Shown piece by piece: positions 39,587-48,969 of a stretch of DNA of 64,000 bases (positions within the stretch are counted from its first letter, which is position 1; every line of letters begins with the position of its first letter). Origin of the DNA: Gemmatimonas sp. (GTDB lineage Bacteria; Gemmatimonadota; Gemmatimonadetes; Gemmatimonadales; Gemmatimonadaceae); NCBI GenBank assembly GCA_031414535.1, contig JANNVQ010000030.1, positions 96,001-160,000 on the forward strand, in the 5' to 3' direction. The notes below the pieces were generated by a model that did no database searches, was not told the origin of the DNA, and saw only the letters and a program-made list of their open reading frames with translations. Both the position numbers and the translations under genes were made by a program.

Positions 39587-40121
39587 GCGGGCCGCTGATG
39601 CTTTGCCTCCGATGTTGGGGATTGTTGGCCGTAAGCACGCGGGTAAGACGACGCTGGTGGTGCGCTTGTGCGCGGAGCTCGCGCGGCGTGGTCACCGGGT
39701 GATGACGCTCAAGCACGGCACGCACACGTTCAATCTTGATCCTGCTAGCACGGACACCTACCGGCACTATCACGAAGGTGGTGCCGAGCGCGTGGCGATG
39801 TTGTCGCCGGACAAATTCGCGCTGGTGGAACGCTGGGCTCAGGAGCGAACGCCAGAGGACATCGTGGCCGAGCATCTCGCGGACGCGGACATCGTGCTCT
39901 GCGAGGGCTTCAAGGCGCACCCGATGCCGAAGGTGGAGATTCATCGCATCGCGGCGCACGCGACGGCCCTGTGGCCAGCGGACGCGCCACATGCGGATGC
40001 GTGGAAGGCGATGTTGACTGATGCGCCGCCGTCTGGATTCAGCGGGCGGCTGTTTGATTTGAACAATTCCCAGTGGCTGGATTATCTCGCGACGTGGGTG
40101 GAGACTGAGGTGATGAAATGA
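39579..40121 (+). CDS. mobB: molybdopterin-guanine dinucleotide biosynthesis protein B
   Basis: GRKHAGKTTL P-loop, KHGTH, DT, EGFK..PKVE motifs. Confidence 0.92.
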   Translation: MPERAADALPPMLGIVGRKHAGKTTLVVRLCAELARRGHRVMTLKHGTHTFNLDPASTDTYRHYHEGGAERVAMLSPDKFALVERWAQERTPEDIVAEHLADADIVLCEGFKAHPMPKVEIHRIAAHATALWPADAPHADAWKAMLTDAPPSGFSGRLFDLNNSQWLDYLATWVETEVMK

Positions 40122-41743
40122 GGAGAAGCTTGATCGCAGCGGCCAGCGGGCTGCTACTTGCGTCGGCGACGCAGGCCTGTTCCGGCGCTGCCGGCCGGAA
40201 TGTGACGCCAACGCCTGCCGACTCCGCCGTCTTCAGCCCGCGCATCATCACGGAGAACGCACCGCCGCAAACCGATACCGCAGTGTTCGCGCCGGTCATC
40301 ATCACGGAAACCACCGACATCCTCACGGCACCGCCAGAGCCGCGCCTCCGCTCGCCGCTGACGAATCTTGCAGATTCCTTGCTCAGCGACCCGATGTTCC
40401 GCTCCATGCATTGGGGCGTGCTCATTGTTGATCCAGTCCGCGGCGACACGCTCTACTCGCTGAACGCTGAGAAGCTGTTCGTGCCCGCATCCAACACCAA
40501 ACTCGTCACGGCAGCCGTGGCCCTGACGCAACTTGGCCCTGACTATCGCTACACCACGCGCGTGCTCGGGCGGGTGCCGCGAGCCGGCGTCATCACGGGC
40601 AACCTCGTAGTGATTGGCGAGGGCGACCCCTCCTTCAGCGATTCGCTCAGCGGCTCAGCGATGGCGCCGCTGCTAGAACTCGCCGACTCGTTGCACGCGC
40701 GTGGAGTGCGCCGCGTGAGCGGACGCCTCGTCTCGGGGTCCAACAGCTTCCCAGGTGACACCATCGGCGCTGGCTGGGCGTGGGATGACCTTGATGAAGG
40801 CTATGCTGGCGCGGTGGACGAACTCACCTTCAACGAAGGCTTCGCGCGCATCACCATTCTTGGTGGCTCACGGCCCGGCGCGCCGGTGACGGTGCGCCGC
40901 GAACCGGCGACGACGGTGCCTGTGCTCGGACGTGTGGCAGTGACCACCATCGGGTGCTGCTCGCTGCGCCGCGGCGTCTCGCACCGATTCGACATGCGTG
41001 GCGCGCGTCCCGTGCTGCACCTCGAAGGCGCCGTGCGCAGCAACGACTCCATCACCATTAACGTCGCGCTCCGGAATCCCAACACCGCGTTCCTCGATGC
41101 CTTCGCCGAAGCACTACGCGCGCGGGGCATCACGGTGAGCGGTGGCGTGGCCATTGATTCGGTGGCCGACACCACCGGGCTCATCCTGCTCGCGTCACGC
41201 AGGTCGCCGCCGCTTTCGGCCATGCTTCCGGCGTTTCAGAAGCCCTCGCAAAACCAAATTGGCGAGTTGCTGTTGCGCACATTGGGACGCGTGAAGGGTG
41301 GATCAGGCACTGCGGACAGCGGACGGATGGTGGTGAAACGGCAGCTCGCGGCTTGGGGCATTGATTCGTCGCAAGCCGCCATCAGAGACGGGTCGGGCCT
41401 TTCGCGACGCAACTTCATTTCTCCGCAGGCCGTGGTGCGCATTCTCGACCTAATGCGCGCGAGTCCCTCATTTGATGCGTGGTACCAGGCGCTGCCCATC
41501 GGCGGCGTGGATGGTACGATTCGCGAGCGCATGCGCGGCACACCCGCTGCTGGGAACGTGCGAGCCAAGACCGGAACGCTCGATCGCGTGCGTTCGCTCT
41601 CGGGCTACGTCACCACCGCAGACGGCCACACGTTGCTCTTCTCCATGTTGGCCAACAATCAGGCCGTGCCAACGCGCGAGGTGGAGCGCGTGCAAGACGC
41701 CATGCTCTCGCACTTGGCCGCGATGACACTCGTCCGCCGCTGA
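40118..41743 (+). CDS. dacB: D-Ala-D-Ala carboxypeptidase/endopeptidase (PBP4, peptidase S13), probable lipoprotein
   Basis: PASNTK (SxxK), SQN (SxN), DGSGLSR and AKTGTL (KTG) motifs. Confidence 0.93.
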   Translation: MRRSLIAAASGLLLASATQACSGAAGRNVTPTPADSAVFSPRIITENAPPQTDTAVFAPVIITETTDILTAPPEPRLRSPLTNLADSLLSDPMFRSMHWGVLIVDPVRGDTLYSLNAEKLFVPASNTKLVTAAVALTQLGPDYRYTTRVLGRVPRAGVITGNLVVIGEGDPSFSDSLSGSAMAPLLELADSLHARGVRRVSGRLVSGSNSFPGDTIGAGWAWDDLDEGYAGAVDELTFNEGFARITILGGSRPGAPVTVRREPATTVPVLGRVAVTTIGCCSLRRGVSHRFDMRGARPVLHLEGAVRSNDSITINVALRNPNTAFLDAFAEALRARGITVSGGVAIDSVADTTGLILLASRRSPPLSAMLPAFQKPSQNQIGELLLRTLGRVKGGSGTADSGRMVVKRQLAAWGIDSSQAAIRDGSGLSRRNFISPQAVVRILDLMRASPSFDAWYQALPIGGVDGTIRERMRGTPAAGNVRAKTGTLDRVRSLSGYVTTADGHTLLFSMLANNQAVPTREVERVQDAMLSHLAAMTLVRR

Positions 41744-42999
41744 TGCTCTCGGTACCCGAAGCCGCGACGCGCATCGCCGCGGCCGTTACGCCGCTCCCCG
41801 TGGAGCAACTCGCGCTTGGAGAGGCCCTTGGCTGCGTGTTGGCTGCCGATGCCGTGTCGCCGATTACCCTGCCCCACTGGGACAACTCGGCGATGGATGG
41901 TTATGCCGTGCACGGTGCCGACGTGGCGAGCGCCAGCGAGGGAATGCCTCGCGTGCTCCCTGTTGTTGGTAGCATCGCGGCTGGCGCGCCGGTGCCGCCT
42001 CCCTTGGCACGCGGCGAGGCCATGCAGATCATGACCGGTGCGCCGATGCCGCCTGGCGCCGACACGGTGATTCGCGTGGAAGATACGGACGCCGGTACGA
42101 GCGCGGTGCGCGTGCTCAAGGACCGCGACGTCGGCAAGAACATTCGTCGTGCTGGCGAGGACGTCACCAAGGGGCAAGTCGCGATTCCCGCCGGCACCGC
42201 GATTGGCGCAGCCCAGATTGGCGTGTTGGCCAGCATTGGCTGCGCGAGCGTGGCGGTACACCGACGTCCGCGCGTGGCGATTTTTGGCTCTGGCGATGAG
42301 CTCGTGGAGCTTGATGGATTTAGCGAAGTGCTCGCTGGGCGTCGGATTGTGAGTTCCAACCGCTACACGCTTGAGGCGCTCGTGCGCTTGAGTGGTGGCG
42401 TTCCAATTTCACTTGGCCACGCGCCTGATTCGCTGGAAGCCGTGCGCGCGATGTTGCAGCACGCCTTGGATGCAAAGCCCGACCTCATCATCACGTCAGC
42501 TGGCGTGTCGGTGGGCGAACACGATCACACCCGCAACTCCATCGAGTCTATGGGGACCACGCTCGACTTCTGGCGGGTGCGCATGCGGCCTGGGGCGCCG
42601 CTCGGCTTCGGACACGTGCAGGGCATTCCCTGGATTGGCCTGCCCGGCAACCCCGTGAGCGCGATGGTGACCTTTGAACTCTTCGTACGCCCCGCCATTC
42701 GCCGCCTGCTTGGTCACGCGCGCCTGCATCGTCGGCCGGTGCCGGTGCTACTCGAGGAAGCGGTGAGCATCGGTGCCAAACTCACGCATTTTTATCGCGC
42801 CGTCGTCTCCACGCGCGACAACGGCGTTCTCACGGCACGATTGACTGGCCCGCAGGGGTCAGGGATTCTCACGTCCATGAGCATCGCCAACGCCTTGCTC
42901 ATCGTGCCCGAGGATTCCACAACCGTTCCCGCTGGCCACACGCTTCACGCCATTCTCTTGGGCGAGGACGCGGCTCTCACAGAACACTTCTCGCTTTGA
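41743..42999 (+). CDS. moeA: molybdopterin molybdenumtransferase
   Basis: NSAMDGYA, IMTGAPMP.GADTV, GDEL, SAGVSVG, GLPGNPVS and QGSG motifs. Confidence 0.95.
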   Translation: MLSVPEAATRIAAAVTPLPVEQLALGEALGCVLAADAVSPITLPHWDNSAMDGYAVHGADVASASEGMPRVLPVVGSIAAGAPVPPPLARGEAMQIMTGAPMPPGADTVIRVEDTDAGTSAVRVLKDRDVGKNIRRAGEDVTKGQVAIPAGTAIGAAQIGVLASIGCASVAVHRRPRVAIFGSGDELVELDGFSEVLAGRRIVSSNRYTLEALVRLSGGVPISLGHAPDSLEAVRAMLQHALDAKPDLIITSAGVSVGEHDHTRNSIESMGTTLDFWRVRMRPGAPLGFGHVQGIPWIGLPGNPVSAMVTFELFVRPAIRRLLGHARLHRRPVPVLLEEAVSIGAKLTHFYRAVVSTRDNGVLTARLTGPQGSGILTSMSIANALLIVPEDSTTVPAGHTLHAILLGEDAALTEHFSL

Positions 43000-43718
43000 C
43001 CACTCCATTGCCTGTGCCAACAGAGATCTCGCGTCGCTTCACGCTCGCAGAAAGCGAGGTGGAGTTGCCGGGTCTCAGGGTCACGCTGCTGAAGCCGCGA
43101 AACGCGGACGATCTCATCTCCGAAGCGGACTACGTGCGCGATGAGCGTTTGCCCTACTGGGCAGATCTCTGGGCCTCTGCGGAGGTGATGGGCCAGCATC
43201 TCGTGGAATCGCGCGAGCAACTCTGGGGCGGTCTCGCGGTACAGGAGGCGCTCAGCCGAGGCCAGACGCCGGCGGCAATCGAACTCGGATGCGGACTCGG
43301 GTTGCCAAGCATCGCCGCCAAGTTCGTGGGCTACGATGTGCTCGCGACGGACTACTACGACGACGCCCTGCTCTTTGCGGCGTACAACGCTGAGCGCACG
43401 CTTGGCACGAGCATTCGCACGCGCATGGTGGACTGGACCGCGATGCCACCGGAGATCGGAAAGTTTGCCTTGGTGCTTGCGGCCGACGTGCTCTACGAGA
43501 TGCGCTACGCCGCGCTGGTGGCGGGTGCCGTGGTGCGGACGCTTGCGCCGGGTGGCGTGTTTGTGCTGGCGGACCAAGGTCGCATCGCGCTAACGTCCTT
43601 TTTGGAAGAAACAGGGCGCCTCGGCCTTGAGTGGCGTGCCGTACGGCGCGTAGAGCCGCCACCGGGTGTGGCCAAGCCAAGCATCACCATCTATGAACTG
43701 CGATGGAGGGCCGGATGA
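42996..43718 (+). CDS. class I SAM methyltransferase (Methyltransf_16, protein-lysine methyltransferase-like)
   Basis: PYWADLW, IELGCGLGL and AADVLYE motifs. Confidence 0.85.
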   Translation: MTTPLPVPTEISRRFTLAESEVELPGLRVTLLKPRNADDLISEADYVRDERLPYWADLWASAEVMGQHLVESREQLWGGLAVQEALSRGQTPAAIELGCGLGLPSIAAKFVGYDVLATDYYDDALLFAAYNAERTLGTSIRTRMVDWTAMPPEIGKFALVLAADVLYEMRYAALVAGAVVRTLAPGGVFVLADQGRIALTSFLEETGRLGLEWRAVRRVEPPPGVAKPSITIYELRWRAG

Positions 43719-43831
43719 GTGACAAGATATTTGGGACCATCGTTGCCATCGTGATTGTCATTGCGGCGGCTTGGGCGATGCGACGGGCGGGGAATGCGCT
43801 CCGTGAGACGCTGAAGGACGGACGGAAGTAG
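43715..43831 (+). CDS. 38-aa single-TM small protein (absent from the ORF track)
   Basis: MSDKIFGTIVAIVIVIAAAWAMRRAGNALRETLKDGRK; ATGA overlap with the upstream stop; GGAGG ribosome-binding site. Confidence 0.6.
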   Translation: MSDKIFGTIVAIVIVIAAAWAMRRAGNALRETLKDGRK

Positions 43832-43885
43832 CAGCTAATCACTCGATGGACTCGGTGCGGCCCATCTCCCTTGCAAAGGCTCCCC

Positions 43886-44374
43886 ATGCGTCACTCGCTC
43901 CTCGCGGTCCTCGCCCTCGCCTCCTCCGCGGGTGCAGCTACGGCGCAGAATCCTGCGCCGCCGCATGACGTCTCTCGAGCCAGCTGGATGGCCGGCTGCT
44001 GGGAGATGCGGGCGGGACCACGCGTCACGGAGGAGCATTGGCTGGCGCCATCAGGAGGCGCGATGCTCGGTATGAGCCGCACGGTCATCAACAACGCGTT
44101 GCGGGACTGGGAGTTCGTCCTGCTCGGCCCAAGCGCTGCCGGCCTCGCGTATCAGGTGACTCCGTCGCAGCAGGCCCCGACGAGCTTCCCCGCTACCGTG
44201 GTGTCGGACACGCTGCTGGTGTTTGAGAACGCGGCGAATGACTTTCCCCAACGCGTGATGTACCGCCGCAGGGGTAGCGACTCTTTGCTCGCACGCATTG
44301 AGGGACCGATGGACGGACAGCAGCGCGGCATCGATTTCCCTTACGCTCGCGTGGCCTGCCCCACAGGACGCTAG
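43886..44374 (+). CDS. secreted DUF6265-like beta-barrel protein
   Basis: Signal peptide; WMAGCW, EEHW..P.GGAMLG and FEN..DFPQR.Y pattern. Confidence 0.75.
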   Translation: MRHSLLAVLALASSAGAATAQNPAPPHDVSRASWMAGCWEMRAGPRVTEEHWLAPSGGAMLGMSRTVINNALRDWEFVLLGPSAAGLAYQVTPSQQAPTSFPATVVSDTLLVFENAANDFPQRVMYRRRGSDSLLARIEGPMDGQQRGIDFPYARVACPTGR

Positions 44375-44398
44375 TGCTGGGGCATCAGGTGCGCGCGG

Positions 44399-44890
44399 CT
44401 ATAGCCAACGCCGTACCTGAGCGAGATAACCCTCGTACTCCGCGCCAAACTTGCGGAACAGGTACGACTCCTCGCGCGCAATGATCACGTTGTTGGTGAT
44501 GGCGATGCCGACGACGGTCATCAAGAGCACGGCGAGCTTGTCGCTCCACAGCCCAAGACCTACCTGAAACAGCGCAAAGCCTAGGTAGATGGGATTCCGC
44601 GTCAGCCCATACGGCCCATCGGCCACGATCGCCGTTGTGGGCTTCCACGGACGCACATCAGTGCGTCGGCGCTTCAGTACGAGCCAAGCCCAGGCCACGA
44701 GCGCTAGGGCCAAGGCGCAAAAGATGATGCCCAAGCCGCCCCAACGGTCGGGGCGAGCCGGCATCGGTTTGAACCAGTCCACCAGCAAGCCAAACAAAAT
44801 CGTCGCCACGAATATCAGCGGTGGCTTCACCGGCAGATTGGGATGATCGGGCGGCAACTCGATGAGCGAGGGCTTCTCTTCCACGTTCAT
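44399..44890 (-). CDS. isoprenylcysteine carboxyl methyltransferase / PEMT-family membrane protein
   Basis: GPYGLTRNPIYLG and EE.YL..KFG.EY..Y...VRRW motifs. Confidence 0.88.
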   Translation of the reverse strand: MNVEEKPSLIELPPDHPNLPVKPPLIFVATILFGLLVDWFKPMPARPDRWGGLGIIFCALALALVAWAWLVLKRRRTDVRPWKPTTAIVADGPYGLTRNPIYLGFALFQVGLGLWSDKLAVLLMTVVGIAITNNVIIAREESYLFRKFGAEYEGYLAQVRRWL

Positions 44891-46953
44891 CAGGCCAACT
44901 GCTGCGCCACGACCTCGGCAATGTCGTACACCGGGACTTCAGAGCCCTGCCCCTTCACGCCGTCGGACATCATCGTCATGCAGAATGGGCAGGCGACCGC
45001 GACAGCATCGGCCTTGGTGGCCAGCGCCTCTTCTGCGCGCTCCACGTTGATGCGCTTGCCGACCGTCTCTTCCATCCACATACGACCGCCGCCGGCGCCG
45101 CAGCAGAGACCCTTATCCTTGTTGCGTGGCATCTCGACAAGGTTCACCACCGGCAACGCGCGCTTGAGCGTCTCGCGCGGCGCGTCGTACACGTCGTTGT
45201 AGCGGCCCAAGTAGCAGGAGTCGTGATACGTGAACGTGCGCACCGGTGCGTGCAGGTCTTGGCGAATCGGCACACGGCCCTCGGCCATCAGGTGCTCGAT
45301 GTACGTCGAGTGATGGATGACATCGTACTCGCCACCGAACTGCGGATACTCGCTACCCAACTGATGGAAGCAATGCGGGCAGGCCGTGACCACGGTCTTC
45401 ACGCCGTACTTCGCGAGCGTTTCGACGTTGTCCTTGGCGAGCATCTGGTAGAGGTACTCGTTGCCCATGCGACGCGCCGGATCGCCATTGCACTTCTCCT
45501 CTTGTCCGAGGATGGCAAACTTCACGCCGGCGGCCTGCATGATCTGCGCGAAGGCCACGGTGGTCTTCTTGGCACGGTCATCGAAGGAGCCCATGCAGCC
45601 GACCCAGTACAGTACCTCGGCCGTCTCGCCACGCTGAGCCATCTCGGCCATCGTGGGGATCTCCATGCCATCGGCCCACTTGCCGCGATCGCCCGGATCG
45701 AAGGACCAAGGCGAGCCGCTGGTTTCCATGGCTTCGAAGGCCGGCATCATCTCTTCGGGGAAGCGCGACTCGCTCAGCACCAAGTTGCGACGCAACTCAT
45801 TGATGACGCTGAGCTGGTCAATGCTCACCGGGCACTCATAGACACAGGCGCGGCAGGACGTACAGGCCCAGAGTTCTTCGTCCGTGATGTAGCCGCCGAG
45901 CAGCGTCTTCTCGGCGAGCCCAGCAGGTGCGTCGGCGCGCAGCGTCGCGAATCCGCCGTCCTTGCCCGGCTCCATCCAAGGCAAGCGCTCTTCGAGCCGT
46001 TCGCGCACGTTGATCATGATTTTGCGCGGGCTGAGGAGCTTGCCCGTGATGTTCGCGGGGCAGACGCTCGTGCAGCGACCGCACTCTGTGCAGGCGAAGC
46101 CGTCGAGCAACGACTTCCAACTCAGGTGCTCCACGTCCGAGGCACCAAACTGCTCGGCGTCTCGGCCTTCGAAGTCCAGCGGGCGCATGGCGCCCACCGG
46201 GCCCGGGCCACTGGTGTTGGACAGGAAGGTGTTGGGCAGCGAGGCAACGACGTGCAGATGCTTGGAGAAGGGCAGGTAGTTCAGGAAGCCGAGCACGAGC
46301 AGGGCGTGCGTCCACCAGAAAAGATTGTGCATGAACAGCGGCCCAGGCATTCCCTCTTGGAAGCCCACCATCAGCATCATCTTGCCCAGCGGATACGAAA
46401 TAGGGAAAGCCGAGGCGAGTTCGTCTGGCGAGGAGATAAAGTGGAAGGCCTCGGAGAGGAACATCGTGACCATCAGCGCGCCGATCCACGTGAGGATGAG
46501 CAGCGGATCGTTCGGGTGTGTCTCGGCACCTTGAAGGCGCGGCACGCGCTTGGTGAGGCGGCGCCAGAGGGCCATGCCGATCATCGCTAACACGACGGCA
46601 GCGAAGCCTTCTTGGCTCAGCACGTACAGCCGATACACTGGCTCTGGGAGGAAGTGCTCATATCCGAACGCCGGCAAAACGCCCGCGATGAGCATCTCTG
46701 TGGTGCTGGCGCCGAGGATGACGAAGCCCCAGAAGATTAGGGCATGCATCGGTCCGGCGACGGAGTCGCGGAAGATCTTCTCTTGGAAGATGCCGATGCG
46801 CAGGAAGTTACCGACGCGGGCCGGGATCGCATTCCAGCGGACATCGTCGAGGCGGCCGAGGCGGAGGTAGCCGATAAGGCGCTGGACGTTGTAGCTGAAG
46901 TAGCCCAACGAGAGGACGAGGACTGCGAGGAAGAAGCCGTTGACTGGGGGCAT
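44890..46953 (-). CDS. membrane Fe-S oxidoreductase (FadF-like; probable ETF:menaquinone oxidoreductase)
   Basis: N-terminal TM domain with His ligands, two CxxCxxCxxxCP clusters, two CCG domains; directly downstream of etfBA. Confidence 0.88.
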   Translation of the reverse strand: MPPVNGFFLAVLVLSLGYFSYNVQRLIGYLRLGRLDDVRWNAIPARVGNFLRIGIFQEKIFRDSVAGPMHALIFWGFVILGASTTEMLIAGVLPAFGYEHFLPEPVYRLYVLSQEGFAAVVLAMIGMALWRRLTKRVPRLQGAETHPNDPLLILTWIGALMVTMFLSEAFHFISSPDELASAFPISYPLGKMMLMVGFQEGMPGPLFMHNLFWWTHALLVLGFLNYLPFSKHLHVVASLPNTFLSNTSGPGPVGAMRPLDFEGRDAEQFGASDVEHLSWKSLLDGFACTECGRCTSVCPANITGKLLSPRKIMINVRERLEERLPWMEPGKDGGFATLRADAPAGLAEKTLLGGYITDEELWACTSCRACVYECPVSIDQLSVINELRRNLVLSESRFPEEMMPAFEAMETSGSPWSFDPGDRGKWADGMEIPTMAEMAQRGETAEVLYWVGCMGSFDDRAKKTTVAFAQIMQAAGVKFAILGQEEKCNGDPARRMGNEYLYQMLAKDNVETLAKYGVKTVVTACPHCFHQLGSEYPQFGGEYDVIHHSTYIEHLMAEGRVPIRQDLHAPVRTFTYHDSCYLGRYNDVYDAPRETLKRALPVVNLVEMPRNKDKGLCCGAGGGRMWMEETVGKRINVERAEEALATKADAVAVACPFCMTMMSDGVKGQGSEVPVYDIAEVVAQQLA

Positions 46954-47144
46954 GTTGAAAAAGCTACTTCCGAGTAGGGGTGGGCACCACGGGCTCTCCC
47001 AGCCTCAGGACCAAGTGGTGCGACACTCCGTGTCTTGGAACGCGGAATGAGTGCCCTGAAGCACGTGCGGCGCAAGCAGATAATCTGCCTGCGCCGCAAA
47101 CGTCTTCCCTCTGCGAGGCTGACACGTCACGCCGCCTCCGGCAG

Positions 47145-48122
47145 CTAGGCCTTCGCTTTCTTCACAGCCTCGGTAAGCACTGGGAGAATCGTCAGCACAT
47201 CGCCGACAATCCCATAGTCCGCCAACTTGAAGATTGGCGCGTCCTTGTCCTTGTTGATTGCCACGATGGTCTTGGACGTGCGCATGCCGGCCAAGTGCTG
47301 AATCGCGCCAGAGATGCCGCAGGCCACATACAAATCCGGCGAGACGAGCCGGCCCGTCTGACCGATCTGATCCGAGTGCGGACGCCAGCCGTCGTCAGTC
47401 ACCGCGCGCGTGGCACCAACCGCCGCGTTGCCAAATGCCGCCGCGAGATCTTCAACAAGCTTGAAGTTGGCCGCTTCCTTGAGACCACGGCCACCGGAAA
47501 TGATGACGGGTGCCTCACCGAGGTCGAGCTTGGCCGTGTTACCAACGGCCGTCTCGGTGACCTTCACGCGCGATGCGCTAGGATCGCCACTCGGAGCGAG
47601 CGGCTGCACGCTGCCCGCCTTCGCGTTCTCCTTGGGGAGGAAGGCACCCGGACGCACGCTCACGACCGCCGGTGACGCCGTGAGCGTCACAGTCTGAATC
47701 ACCTTGCCCGTGTAGCCTGGGTGCGTGGCCGTGATGCCGTTGCCACTCACGCTGAGTGTCGTGACATCGGACGCCAGCGGCACACCAAGCTTGGCAGCTA
47801 CGCGCGGCGCGATGTCCTTACCCGACGCGCTCGCGGTGCACACAAAACCCGTGTAGCCGGACTTGATCTTCTCGGCGAGCGTGGCGCTCACCGCTTCTGG
47901 ATTGTTGTGCGTGAACGCGGCGTGCTCCACCACAAACACCACATCAGCGCCGTGCGCGCCGAGCGAGGCGGCGTGCGCAGCCATGCCCGAGGCGCCGAAG
48001 ATCATCGCGTGGACTTCCCCGCCCTTCGCGTCAGCAATCACACGCGCCGCGGCAACAGCCTCGAGTCCAGCACGACGCAGCTCACCACCGCGCGACTCAG
48101 CAAATGCAAGAATATTCGACAT
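47145..48122 (-). CDS. etfA: electron transfer flavoprotein alpha subunit
   Basis: SGGRGL, GATRA, QIGQTG, GISGAIQHLAGM and AINKD.APIF motifs. Confidence 0.96.
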   Translation of the reverse strand: MSNILAFAESRGGELRRAGLEAVAAARVIADAKGGEVHAMIFGASGMAAHAASLGAHGADVVFVVEHAAFTHNNPEAVSATLAEKIKSGYTGFVCTASASGKDIAPRVAAKLGVPLASDVTTLSVSGNGITATHPGYTGKVIQTVTLTASPAVVSVRPGAFLPKENAKAGSVQPLAPSGDPSASRVKVTETAVGNTAKLDLGEAPVIISGGRGLKEAANFKLVEDLAAAFGNAAVGATRAVTDDGWRPHSDQIGQTGRLVSPDLYVACGISGAIQHLAGMRTSKTIVAINKDKDAPIFKLADYGIVGDVLTILPVLTEAVKKAKA

Positions 48123-48874
48123 TAGAGAACCTTCGCCTCTTCCTTGAGGAGACGGACGAGCTCAGGCACCGCATCCGGGCCCTCGCCGATGATTTTGCCA
48201 GCCGCACGCTCCGGCGGCAGCGCCATCGCGTCCAACGTGAGTCGCTCAGCGGGCACCTGCGCCGGCTTGGACTCGAGCGGCTTCTTCTTGGCCGCCATGA
48301 TGCCCTTCAACGACGGGTAGCGCGGCCGTGCGATGCCTTCGTCAATCGTGACCACAGCTGGCAGCGCGCACTCGAGCAGTTCGTAGGCGCCTTCGAGTTC
48401 GCGACGCATCTTGGCCGTGCGGCCATCGAACTCCAACTTCGAAATCGCCGTCACGACTGGTAGACCGAGCTGCTCGGCGACCATCGTGCCCACCGCGCCG
48501 TGCGCCGTATCAATGCTCATACGACCAAACATGATGATGTCGTAGTTACCAGTCTTGAGCTCGGCGGCCAGCGCAGTCGCTACGGCGTGCGAGTCCACGG
48601 AGGCGCCGTCGTGCTTCAGTTGCACGGCCTTGTGCGCACCCATGGACATCGCCTTCCGGAGCGTCTCCTGAACTGCATCGCCACCGAGCGAGATGACGGT
48701 CACCTCGCCGGCACCGGCCTTCTCGGTAATCTGGATGGCGGCCTCAACGGCGTAACCGTCGAAGTCAGACATATCGAATTTGAGCCCCGTTTCATCCACG
48801 GCCTTGCCGGAGGGGGCGATTTTGAAGCGGACGTCCATGTCGGGGACGCGCTTGAGGCATACTGCAATATTCAC
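48122..48874 (-). CDS. etfB: electron transfer flavoprotein beta subunit
   Basis: VCLKRVPD, AMSMGA, RRELEG and PRYPSLKGIMAAKKK motifs. Confidence 0.95.
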   Translation of the reverse strand: MNIAVCLKRVPDMDVRFKIAPSGKAVDETGLKFDMSDFDGYAVEAAIQITEKAGAGEVTVISLGGDAVQETLRKAMSMGAHKAVQLKHDGASVDSHAVATALAAELKTGNYDIIMFGRMSIDTAHGAVGTMVAEQLGLPVVTAISKLEFDGRTAKMRRELEGAYELLECALPAVVTIDEGIARPRYPSLKGIMAAKKKPLESKPAQVPAERLTLDAMALPPERAAGKIIGEGPDAVPELVRLLKEEAKVL

Positions 48875-48910
48875 AGGGTATTCTCGGCAGAAAGTACGGC
48901 GTGAAAGATA

Positions 48911-48969
48911 ACAGGACGGATGGCGGATGACGGAAGCTACGGGCATCCGTCTTCCGTCATCCGTCCTGT
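48911..48969. repeat. inverted-repeat cassette with GACGGAT heptamer arms (family B, copy 2)
   Basis: ACAGGACGGATGGCGGATGACGGAAGC-TACGG-GCATCCGTCTTCCGTCATCCGTCCTGT (27-nt arms, 3 mismatches). Confidence 0.85.

Noticed and set aside
45223..46590. Long alternative ORFs (45223-46590 +, 61261-62784 -, 20422-21654 +, 9301-10608 -, 3011-4096 -)
   Set aside because: They are antisense shadows of well-supported genes. High GC suppresses stop codons and they show no recognisable motifs.
46967..47144. Known riboswitch, tRNA or SRP RNA in the etfA spacer
   Set aside because: I could not match the conserved cores of TPP, SAM-I, glycine or cobalamin riboswitches, SRP RNA or a tRNA by eye; kept only as an unassigned structured region.
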